A stretch of DNA of 64,000 nucleotides from Epithemia pelagica. Taxonomy: Eukaryota > Protista > Bacillariophyta. The notes below the pieces were generated by a model, which saw nothing but the letters and a program-made list of their open reading frames with translations, searched no databases and was not told the DNA's origin. The position numbers and the translations under genes were made by a program. The stretch covers positions 186,001 through 250,000 of the forward strand of contig OX337229.1 of the NCBI GenBank assembly GCA_946965045.2, read 5' to 3'. Positions 46,221 to 57,260 of the stretch are shown piece after piece; the stretch's first letter is position 1; each line of letters opens with the position of its first letter.

Positions 46221-47683
46221 ATGGATACAAAACAGATTTTGCTCTGGATTGTCTTATTCCCCATTTCCTCGATCGTTGCCCGGACAATTGTGGGTGAACC
46301 CAGAGCCGAAACTCCTGGAGATTCAACCGACGGGTGTGGGAGAACGACGACATGCCTCCAACTTCAACAATGTCGTCACCTTTTCTCGCAATTCCAAAAG
46401 TTTGGACTATCCCTGTATCTTGGAATTCCCAGAACCCATCAAACAAGACAAGGACTCTCCTCGCTCGCCTGTTCCTGAATTTCAAGGCCAGGTCTTATTT
46501 TGTGGCGACAATGATGAAAACGCGACGGAAATAATCCGTCGCCTAAATGATGAGGGCAACACAAGCAATCGTCCGATCTTGTTGTACATTCATGGCTTTA
46601 CGGTCCCCCGGAAACGACTCTGAACAAGGCTGCGGAATACAATGCCCGACCGAATCGAACCTACAATGTCATTCCTGTGATTGGGGATACGACGCAATCG
46701 GCCGCGGCCTATTATGAGGATCGCGAGACCTTGGCACCCCTCGCCGGACAACGCTTGGCGCAATCCTTTGGACGACTCTTGCATTTGCTGGCACAGTTTG
46801 GTGCTGGTCCAACCACTCCCAAGTGTCTCATGTGTCATCATAGCATGGGCAATGATGTGTTGCAAGCCCATGCTCAATCACATCGAGAAAATACTAAGAA
46901 TGATGATGATTGCGCTCCAGTCTTTGATCACATTTTCATGGTCGCAGCCGACGTGCGTCAAGACATTTTCGATACAGCTCTCAACGATTCCAACAACTCC
47001 TCACAACGACCATGGATTCCTCCTTCAAAATGGTTTCAAACGGGCCTTTCGAGACTGGCGGATGCGAAACATCTCAACACTACGAATACTACTACTTTGG
47101 CTGTGGGACCACACTTTGATTTCATGACCAATGCCGGTCGAGACATTGCCGCTCTGGCGCGATCCAAGATTCATGTATTGTATGGAACCACGGACATTGC
47201 TTTGACCTATCGAACATGTCTGTATCGGCACATTTTCGCGCTGGTCCTGTATCGCAACTTGTTTCTTCGCATCCCTCATTTCGTGCGTTGGTCGGGTGGC
47301 AAACTATGGGGATTTATTCGTTCCAAAATTGTTTCCACCAACACGACCTTGGGTGCCAACGAGGATCGACCCAATCGGATTCGTCAAGACGGTTTCGGAT
47401 TCGTCAAGACGGTTTCGTAAAGGAGGATCGTAGGATTAGGAGGACCGATGCGCAGGACATGGCGCTTTGGTACCTTAGAATCGTCTATGGCGGTAGATCG
47501 AATCATCCGGCGCCCTTGGGTCTCAACGGGGATCGAGGAAAAGGTCGGATTTGTGAGGAAATCAAGGACAAGATTATCTTTTTCAACTTTGACAAGTACA
47601 ATACCCAGGATCCTCTGGGACACAATTATCAATGGAGCAAAGAGGCTATTCAGTACTATGAAGGCGTGTTCGTGGAGAACTAA
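46221..47683 (+). pseudogene. DUF900-like alpha/beta hydrolase, frameshifted copy 1
   Basis: LLYIHGF, HSMGN nucleophile elbow, FDHIFMVAADV, DPLGHNY. Frame breaks occur at ~46330, ~46610 and near the 3' end, with a 20-bp tandem duplication at ~47376-47415. Confidence 0.8.
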
Positions 47684-47940
47684 ACCGATTTCGGAACATG
47701 ATGGACACGAGAAACAAGAGTCGTGTGTCATGAATAGACTTTAACCGGCTCGCTTCGATCGTACTAGTTATCGTATTTGTTGGATTCCAAATGAAAGGAA
47801 TACAAGCTAGTAAATACATATCTAGTAGATGTAGGGAGCTGGGAGAATATCTAGAGAACCATTGCCTTTTTGGAAGTACAGCAGCAGGCGTTGATATGTG
47901 TTCCCTCATGGATGGTCGTGTATTAGAGATTGAGGCTCGT

Positions 47941-49352
47941 CTACTGGACAACCACACACATGCTGTACATACGGACTGTAAAAGTCTCAACAGTAGACAT
48001 ATAGGTATGATGGCCTTTGGCTCGTCTACTTGGTCGTCGTCGCCACAGTTGTTCACGTCCTTGTGATGGCGATGATGATCTTGGACCTGTGGCGGTGCTG
48101 TTGTTGGTGTGATTCTGGGAATGAATGGTAGATCCATATCCTCGTCGTCGTCGTTGCCACACGAGAAATGACCTGGATGAAGACGCACCGGATGAATTCC
48201 CAGACGAGGAAGCAGATTCGCTCGCAGTGGTTGTGACAGTCGCTACGGATCTAGTGCAAGACAAAGAAGCGGTTCCGACGGCCGCTGGACGTGTTCTGGA
48301 TCGGGGAATGACACGATTGTCATTACCATGAGAGTCTCCGCGTTGTTGTTGATGATGTCTATGTACGGTCGAAACGTTTGGTTGGCCATGACTGGGCCAA
48401 CAAGCCGATGGACCGGAGCCATGAGGGCGAACCCATGGGCCACCCATTCGTTTGGGGGTTGTTTTTCTTCATGTCGAGGCAGCAGCGGTGGCAGCCGCAA
48501 CCGAGGTTGCTTGGGACCTGACCCAGGTACGACACCATTGAGAACCACCATTCATAGGTTGACCAGTTCCTCTTGCACAGGAATGATGCCCACCCATGAT
48601 CCTACGAGACGACACGTGTGAAGGACAAGAAGAAGAAGAAGATGGACCGCCAGGGCACTGTCGTGGGGAACCATGGCAGTGGCGCATTCGTCGTCGTCCT
48701 TGTTGTTGTTGCTTTGCTGGCAGATATGATGAAATTTGATGTGGCACGGTTGGACTGGATGATAATGTTGTGGTGGTTGTGGTGGTCATGGTCGTTTCCA
48801 GGGTGGACTGGTGATTGTGGAATGATCATCATCTTCTCCATTGTTTTCGCTTTCACTTTCTTCTTCTTCTTCCGGTACACTCGGGGGAAGAATGGAAAAT
48901 GGTGGTAGGACAACAATCTCCGGTTCTTCTTGTGCTTCTGGTGAGTCATTATCAACAACAGGAGCCACGTCAATCTCGGGTTCTTCCAAAGAGGCTTTGG
49001 GGGTTGCTTTTTCTTGTTGTTGTTTTCCAGCAGTGCGAGGAGTCGTCGTTGTTGTTGTTGTTTCTCGTTTCAAATGGACTTGAGCCGGAATCACCGCCAC
49101 GGTTGTTTCCCAGGAACCATTCACGTCAGATCGACCATGACGACGACGACGATGATGATGATCCTGATCCGCATGAGACACTGTTGTTGGTGTCGTCGAA
49201 TCATCCAATATTCGGGGAAACAAAGAGAGTTGGATACAACCAAGTTCGTAGCGTAGGTTGATGGATGAGTCGAGTCGGTGCGCTCCTTCGCCATGGTGGA
49301 TTGTTGTTGTTTTGGCTTTTGATACTAGCCTGTTGTCCGCAGGAAGAAACAT
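47941..49352 (-). pseudogene. Low-complexity Ser/Thr/Glu-rich ORF remnant, copy 1 (fragmented)
   Basis: Three consecutive ORF pieces are homologous to the 472-aa ORF at 59368-60786. The true reading frame is ambiguous. Confidence 0.45.
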
Positions 49353-49739
49353 GGTTTCCCGGCCATTTTTCAGGGATTGATGCCTTGCTCGTATAGGTAG
49401 GTAGTTTGTAGTTTGGCTCCAGCATGTGATTGCCTTTTATGTAGGAGTAGGAGGGATCCATGCCGTCGGAACGTTCCTGTTGTGCCCTTTTGCGGCCATG
49501 TGGTGCGGACCCTCGTCTTGGAACTCCGTTGCCCCCGACGGTTGATTGTTGTGTAGTTGCTGCCATCGGCCCTCGAGGTGCGTTCAACAAACAATGCCCC
49601 GACGCGTTCGTATAAACCGACCCCGCTGCCTCGCAATCTCCATGGTCCGATCGCCAAACAACACGAAAGGCCAACAACAACACGCAACAATCCAACACGC
49701 ACAAAAACAAAATACGATTGACCAAAAATACGATTGACC

Positions 49740-50880
49740 ATGATGATGTGTGATTGTGATTACAGTTACGAAAAGATGATCAGCTCCGAATGGGCTCTGT
49801 TAGTTGCTCCTTTTGTGACTCTCATACTGTGTTACGGTGTCGCTGATGTCTGATGTCCTCGATGAGGCGAAACTTATCGTCCAACACCTGTTTCGGGTCA
49901 TTTTCAACAAGAAAAGTCGTACTACAAGTAGCGAACACGCGGAGCTTCGACACGAACATGCGGAGCTTCGACAGCTTCGACACGACAAAGCTCAGCTTCA
50001 AGAAAGTGCACAGAAGGATCGCGCCTACAAGAAGCTTCGTCGAGAAAACGCGGCGCTTCGAGTGAGGAAAGTGCGGTCTGTGCGAAAGCTTCGACGCGAA
50101 AATGCGATTCTTCGACAACAGCTTGCAGTTGCCGAAGCGAAGCTTGCCGAGAATGGTCGCCACGAGGATGGAGAGATGGAGATTCGCGATCCCGAGGAGG
50201 AGGTCGACGTCGACACTGTTGCTGTTGTGCCTTGCGAGTTCGACGCTGACTTGGACTTCCCTCCTCTCGCACTCGCAGAGGATCTCGAGGACGACGAGGA
50301 AGAGGAGACCCCTCCAGTCGACCGTCATCAGCCTGAGCCCGAACCTGCGCTCATCCCTGACAACGACGACGAGATCACTTTGGGGCACGACTCACCCCCT
50401 CGAAATTCCACCCCTCCTTCCATGGTCGCCACCCCTCCTTACCCCACCCCCACCCCCACCCAAAAAGATACCTCGCCCTCGCCTCACATTGACGAGAATG
50501 CCCCCCAAAGCGTGATCGAGAGTTCCTCCGGCCCCGAGGACTCCACGCGTTTGGGCAGGATCCTTACTGTTGCCTACTCCAAAAAGGCACGCCGAATGGT
50601 GCACGTTCGACGATCCGCTCGTCTTTTGTCCGCGGGTACGGGTAGTGGTGGAGTTGAAAAAAATCCAAAAAACCCAGAAAAAGCAAAAAAATCCAAAAAA
50701 ACCAGAAAAAGCAAAAAAATCCAAAAAAAAACAGAAAAATTACATGTCGGTTGTCGGTTGCTAGTGGTACGTGCGCACAGTCCTGTCGGTTGTGAATCTT
50801 TCCTACTCAACCTACTCACTCTACCCCTTCTTCTGTTTCTACCGATTGCTAAATTCTGCTCCTACTCCTACATCAGCTGA
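49740..50880 (+). pseudogene. Element X ORF copy B: 7-bp duplication (tgatgtc) frameshifts the N-terminus; carries 38 extra coiled-coil residues
   Basis: gctgatgtctgatgtcctc here versus gctgatgtcctc in copy C. Extra ESAQKDRAYKKLRRENAALRVRKVRSVRKLRRENAILR. Confidence 0.65.
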
Positions 50881-51253
50881 GTCTAGCTAGAGTCCTTGTC
50901 GGAGATGTCCTTGTCGGTGTGACGGTTGTCGGTGTTATTGGGGAAGAGTGCCATAGTTGCCCCTTGAGAATCCGTTGATTCATCCGCTTCCCTTATTCTA
51001 GTGTCGGTTGTCGGTGTTATCACAAAATCCTGGTGGCACGAGGACTTTGTCCTTGTGTCATCAGGAAGGTACGGGAAAGGTCACCTTTCACCTCAACCTA
51101 GATCTTTGGCCACGTCATAGAAATTTACCTAGTCTAGAGATGTTCGAAGTACTATGATTCATCGAATAAAGCTAATAGAGATAGGTTAGTAATATTGGGA
51201 ACTTGTAAAGAAGCTCAACCAATATCAGTCTCAGCACGACGTAGTCTATAAGA

Positions 51254-52756
51254 TCAAGTTTGTTCGTTCGAGTTGTCCACCATGTTTGCATCGTCGTCGT
51301 TGTTGAGGTCGGCTCCGTCGTTGTTGTCGCTGTTCTCGTGGCCGCGTGGAGTTTTGTATGCACGACGAGCACGACGTGACTCGGGAGTGTTTGACAGCGT
51401 GGACAGATTTGAACAGATTGTCGAATTGCTGTCCGACTGACGGCGTGACGACGATCTGTAAGGAGAAGCAGGGAACTGACCGATTGAAACTGACCCTGGG
51501 ACAGAGGCAGTAGGATAGAGCGGAATTTCGGCAGTAGATTTGACAGACATGTCATCAGCAGAGGTCAAGGAGTAGGATCCTTGTTGACGGCCAAGTAGCT
51601 CGACGTGCATGTGCTTGGACCCATCGGGATAACAGTAGATGTTGATCCCATTGAAGTTAGGATCTTCACTCTCATTCACGTAGCGGTTCTCAACGGGGAA
51701 GGGCAACTTCAAGCGGAACTCATCGATGAGATGCTCCGATCGCTCTTTCTTCAACTTCTCGAGCATCGAGCGACGGGCAATGATCTTCGGATGCATGGTC
51801 ATGATATCCGAAACGAGTTTCGCCGTGTTCCCACTCATGTCATTCTTGACGACGTCTCTATTCAACGTGTAGGAGTTGAAGGCTAACTCGGCCGACGTCA
51901 TGTAGGTATTCATCACAAGCGTGATGACAAGCTCCCAACCAGATGCTGAAACACGTACTCGGATGACGGGGTTATTGCCCGAAGGCAAAACCATCTGCAA
52001 GCTACAGCGCTTGCGGAGCTGGGGGTCCTTCCATATGTCCATAAAATATTGCATCGCACTAAGGGTGGTCGACGTCATCGTAGTAAAAACAACCTTCACA
52101 CTAGAGGAGCTAGAGGCACTGCGAGAAGAAGTAGCATTTGATGCGCGCATAGTACGACTCGAGACTGAACCCCCCCCCACCACGACTCGTAGCAGAAGCG
52201 CGACTGGAAACCGAGCGGTCGTCTGACTGTCCCCCACCTCGACCAGACACGGAGGCAACCATGGAAAAACCATCTATGGTCATACCGCCAGCAATGGTGG
52301 CACGATCATCCCCTTCTTCAGGGATTGTTGGGATCAACCCATGGTCTGCAACCATATAAAGAGGAAAAGGTAAGACAGGGGATTGATTTAGTCGAGAAGC
52401 AACGAGGGAAGAATTCACAGCAAGGAAGGAAGCAAGGATGGAAGGAAAACCACAATGCAACAATCAAACTCACATTCGACTCCAGGGACATGGGAGGAGC
52501 GATCCATCACCTCTTTGAAGTGCTTCTTTCGACAGTTGGCAAGAGCAGAGGCCAATGCCTTGCAGGTGAACTTCTCGAAGTTCGGATACTTTCGCATCAC
52601 TTGCGAAGCTGTCCACTCCTTCGGGATCAGGCCTTGCGAGACAAGAAGCTCAAGTTGCTTCGCCTCATCCCATTCCTTCGACCAGTTTGTAATCCTACCT
52701 GAGCTACTAAACTTACAGCTAGGGGTTTGTGCATTAGGAGCTCGACGGGGTGCCAT
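51254..52756 (-). CDS. Harbinger accessory protein (ORF1); exon 52474-52756, intron 52346-52473, apparent frameshift at a G9 run (~52170-52178)
   Basis: ATG 52756 (MAPRRAPNAQ). The GTGAGT donor and TTGCAG acceptor join in phase 1. Removing one G links exon 2 to the long 51254 frame. N-terminal helical segment, C-terminal beta-rich domain. Confidence 0.7.
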
Positions 52757-53476
52757 GGTCGCAAAGCAAATGTCGTTTCCGATCTTCCTCTTTTGTGTTT
52801 GTTGAGAATGGGTGCAAAATGAATTGGTGTCGATCCGCAAAAAGGGAGAAAACGATGCTGCACGCCTTGCGTGCAAGCAAGGTGAAACGCCGCACGTGCC
52901 CGTACCTTGTGACCAGTCGTATTTGAACAAGGTGTCATCGAGAAGTACACTAAATAGCGAAGAAGTTATTTAACAATTCTCTCCTTAGAAAAAAATGACG
53001 AAGAAAGGACATAGGGCGTCATTTTCTCGTCATTTTTTAGTACGGTGGAACTATGGTAGGGTCACCCTAGAAGTCACCTTACAGACGAGGTGAATGACGA
53101 GGTGACGTTTCTTTTACAAGAATCACTTTTTGTCTTTTCAGAAACAGAACTGTCTTTCAATGTGATTGCCGGATCACATTTAAATGAGTGAAAGATTTTC
53201 ATTAAATGAAACTCATTGATCGGACATTCTTTATCATTCTGTTTCAGAAACAACGACAGACACAACAATATGATACTTTGAGTGTGTCACATTGCAGTCA
53301 CATTGTCACATACATGTCCTCACCAGTCGCCATTGCACGATTCATGGCAGAGGCACCTTCCTGGAATCTGGAATGTTTTTGCATGCCGAGAGAGTCGCAC
53401 AAAGCATTGCAGTGAGGAAGGTTGATTGCTGCAACGACCCAACTAACAAATAATGCCACCAGTCCCCAACCACCCA

Positions 53477-54453
53477 TGGCAAGGTGTTGCCTTTCCTGTC
53501 ACCCCCCCCCTCACATGCTCTTTCATGGCTTGGAGATGCTGGGCCGGGTTGCTGGAGCTCCGGACAACGCGTACCGTCGTTTCATTTCGTTCTACGGTAC
53601 GGATCCACTCGTAGTTGCTATCCTATGGCTAGAGCTACAGAATTGGATCACACAGCTGAATGGCTGTGTCCTTAATCATCTATTTTGGTCTCTTTATTTT
53701 CTAAAGAACTATGGGACAGAGGCCCAACATGCTGCTGTGTTCCATGTCGATGAGAAAACACTTCGAAAATGGGTGTGGTTCATTCTCAAAGGAATGACCA
53801 CACTCCGCGTACAATTTGTAAGTTCTGTGGTCAGTGACATTCTAACTCCCCCACGAAATCCCCCACTCACCAATTTTTTCTCTACCTGTTTCTGTACACA
53901 GATAAGATTGGGTAACCGCTTCATGCGAGACACCCACCAGCGTTCAGCGCTGGTCGTAGATGGAACCGACTATAGAATCTTCGAGCCTAGGGCACTAGGT
54001 TTTAACCCTGGTTGGTTTTCGCACAAATTTCGTGGTCCGGGTGTCCGTTGGGAGGTAGCCACGTGTATTAACACGGGTTGGATAGTTTGGATCCACGGCC
54101 CTTTCCCTTGCGGGACCTACTCGGATCTTCGTATTTATCGCATGGCCTTGAAGACCCACTTGCTTCCTGGGGAGCGTGTGGTAGCGGATGGAACGTACAA
54201 AGACCCTACCGTCATTCTCAAACAACAAGCTCGGAATCCCGAACACGCACGTGAGATGGCCCTTGCTCGCTCTCGCCATGAGATCGTCAACGGACGATTC
54301 AAGGACTTCGGTGCGCTCTCTCAAGTTTTTCGTCATGACCGAAACAAGCACCGCTTTGTATTTACTCCTATTGCTGTCATCACACAGCTAGAAATCATGA
54401 CTGGGGGTGCACCTTTCGACATCACCGCTCAGCACAACCATGCTCTCGCCTAA
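53477..54453 (+). CDS. Harbinger DDE transposase (DDE_Tnp_4-like), with an 84-bp in-frame intron at 53818-53901
   Basis: VDGTDYRI, FSHKF, VADGTY, RHEIVNGRFK give a D-D-E triad. GTAAGT donor and CACAG acceptor. The exact start codon is uncertain (53477 or ~53515). Confidence 0.92.
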
Positions 54454-55735
54454 ATGCATGGTCTCTAGATCACTTGAGATTGCATCTAGCTAGATTGCCA
54501 TTCGACCTTTAGAGTCTAGAGTGGCCATAATCATTCTGCTAGTAGACATCATACATGCTATGTGTCCTTATGCATTTTCTACGTAGCTACTACTCCTCTA
54601 GTACTACTCCTACTCTAGGAGTACAAGGGCAAGTCAAGTAGTGGGTAGCTACCCGTAATGCCTTGTTACTTACTCCTTCTGTCAGACGTCAGTGATATAT
54701 TCACTGACATGATGTCAGTCGGATTTCAGACGAACTGAAATGAAAGATCGGAGCTAAAGTTAACTGCTTACTAGTTCATTCGCACCACAGACTGTATTTC
54801 TAAAAAACCAAGAGGAGACTTGATGTGATTGCAATCTCATCTATGTATTGGCTACTCTCTCTAGTCTTCTATGCAATACCAGTCGTGGTGATTCTAAAGG
54901 GGCCCATAGTTCCGCAAGTAAACAACTATTTAGAACAATTTGTTAAACTAGGGCTGCGGCAAGGACGAAGGTGACCTTATCATAGCATCAGCTTCATGGC
55001 TGTACATCCTGGTCATCTACGTCATTCCCGTACCTTCCAGGTATGGCATGGAGACTTCGGTCTCTGTGCCATTGGGGAAGAGTGCCATAGTTGCCCCTGG
55101 AGAATCCATTGATTCCTCCGCTTCCCTACCCGCTGTACTTGTGGCCGCGTTGACGACGCCAGCGGGCTTGCGGGAGAGATGCCATCTCTTCTTACCAAGA
55201 GCCACACAAAAGAACTTGCGCCGACACACTATACTCCTACGCATTGAAAAAGTCTAAAAGTTGGAGCATACTTTCAGCAGGACGCGTTCGACAATGAATA
55301 CTGTTATGGAGGACTACATCATCTACATAACTTCTTCTTCTTTTTCTTCCACCGGATGCAGTCTGTCGGATCGGGGTGACTCCCCCCAACACACACACAC
55401 AAGAAAGGAATCTACCTCGTTTGGTCTCCCATGGTCATGCGCTCGTGACCATGGAATCGGCCGTACCATTTCTCTTGGCGTACGATTGTGGCGGGGGGAT
55501 GTTGCGGTTGTTGTTGTGTTTTGCATGGTACTTCACTCAACGACGACAACGACGACAACACGGTCCATGGCAGGACTCTCGGCTGCTCCAGGCTTGGCAT
55601 GCAACCAACCGAAACTCGATTCTTCTTGTATGAATTCATGTCTTCATTCTTGTCTGTCGTCGTCGTGTTAGATTTGATATTCCAATTCTCCCGATTTGAG
55701 TTCCATCCATTCTGAATCCGCCCGTCGCAATCGTT

Positions 55736-56591
55736 TCAATTCTTGTGTCTTGGTGTGAATCGTGGCTTGCAAGTGCTGCAATTGCTGTTTGGTTTCCTCC
55801 ACTTGGTGGCCCAACCAAACCAATTCTTGTTCCAAGACGTAGCCTTGTCGTTCGCCGGGAACGTGTCCCCCGTGGCCCCGGCTAATTGATAATTCACCAG
55901 ACTGCCGGCCACACTGGGAGCGTGTTTGGCATACCACGAAGTGCGGGGCAAACTGTTGGTACCGGCTTCCTGGACGCGGACCGTTCCATTCCACAGTCCG
56001 TCGCGACGCAATGCATTGAGAACGTGCAAATTTTCGGCGGCCAAGGGATTGGCGGTGAAATTTTCGCGTTCCAACAAGTGACGATTCAAAATGATCCAAA
56101 CGTGTTGGACCGGTGGTTCGGGAAGAGCCTGGTACAAAAGCCTTGCTCATGTTGGCCAACCGGGTTTCCTTTTGACTTTTGCAGGGACGATCATGTTGCA
56201 TGTCCGGTTGAATCCGGGCATGCAAACACATGTAGCCAGTTGGAGGCGGCGAACCAGCCGCCAATGGTGGTGTTTCAAGCATGCGAGTCTGGGTGGATTG
56301 AATCATTTGTGCCAGGTCCGGGTGCGGTCGAAAGGCGCCGTGCATCAGGGCCAAATCGGCCTTGTGTCGGCCATGCTCTTGAGGTTGATTGAAAAGGCCC
56401 TTGGTATACTGCTTGTAGGCGACAAAGAGTTTGGTTTGTTTCCCGTAGCCATAGGGCAAGGTGGGATTGTCCGAATTCATCGGCCACTGACTGTTGGATC
56501 GCATGTGAATGGGGGAGGGATGATGAACCACCAACCGAGGCAGAGGTGGTTTGTTGTTTGTAGTGTTGTTGGTTATACTGTTGGATATCAT
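55736..56591 (-). pseudogene. O-fucosyltransferase-like gene fragment, copy 1 (5'-truncated, frameshifted)
   Basis: AFRPHP, YMCLHARIQPDM, then a frame change to VWIILNRHLLERE..NLHVLNALRRDGLWNGTVRV. Family assignment is from recalled motifs. Confidence 0.55.
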
Positions 56592-56657
56592 CGCCGTGGT
56601 GCTCGTATATTGTTATTCCAATGCACAACGTCAAACAATCCTGCTGCGGCGCCGTCT

Positions 56658-57030
56658 GTTGCCACCACAAGGAAAGAACGCTGAGTTTGGTGCTGCACGT
56701 CAAATTCCACGTATCCTCCGACAATGTGTGTGGCCGCACCATGTTGACCGATACAGGTGGATGAGCCCAAGACGGTGTGCCGTGGAGTCAGAGCTAGATT
56801 ACACTGTTGTGGATTGGGTTGTGGTTGTTGTTGTTGTTGTGGATTGAGTTGTGGTGGTTGTGCTTGGAATTGTGGTTGCACTGGTGGTGATGGTGGTTGT
56901 GGGACCGTCGCAAAGCGATGCAAAATATCTTGGGCGGCATTTCGAATGGTGGGGGCCCTGGGAGAGCCACAGGGAATGGGAATGCTCAAGACCGAATCCA
57001 AGACATAGTGGGCAATCGGAACACGATAGT
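56658..57030 (-). pseudogene. Duplicated ectodomain fragment of the 42180-45476 membrane-protein gene
   Basis: RVPIAHYVLDSVLSIPIPCGSP...CNLALTPRHTVLG..CIGQHGAA.HIVGGY is shared with 44960-45270. It lacks the original signal peptide and the TM part. Confidence 0.85.
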
Positions 57031-57260
57031 CGAAACATACTCTCCAGTGTCGTTGTTCGGGTATAGGAGTACACAGCGCCACCACACAAGGGGAGGTTCC
57101 TTGTCCTGCGTATTGTTGTTGGAAGGTTGCAAAAAAGGATGATGATAAAGGACAGGAGCGAGGGCGAAACCACTGCATCTCTTTCCTCTCGACCGCTTTC
57201 ATCGAATTTCAAAGAGGCGATCTATCTATCCATCGGACGATCCGACTTTGCCACCTCGTT

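Larger units (their letters stand above)
51065..55037. mobile_element. Full-length PIF/Harbinger DNA transposon (3,973 bp)
   Basis: TIRs GAAGGTACGGGAA (51065-51077) and TTCCCGTACCTTC (55025-55037). 3-bp TSD CAG at 51062-51064 and 55038-55040. The empty site gtcatCAGgtatgg is visible at ~62385-62398. Two divergent ORFs inside. Confidence 0.96.
49234..55466 (+). repeat. Element X copy B, split by the Harbinger insertion (49234-51064 plus 55041-55466)
   Basis: Homologous to copies A and C on both sides of the insertion. Confidence 0.9.

Noticed and set aside
48125-48331. Plus-strand acidic mini-ORF (MVDPYPRRR...) conserved at 59504-59740
   Set aside because: Conservation follows from the DNA duplication, and substitutions nearby favour a minus-strand frame. 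It cannot be supported as a gene.
55429-55466. Element X as a Helitron (9-bp hairpin ccatggtca/tgaccatgg near its 3' end)
   Set aside because: There is no CTRR terminus or 5' TC, no RepHel ORF, and the hairpin is degenerate in copy A.
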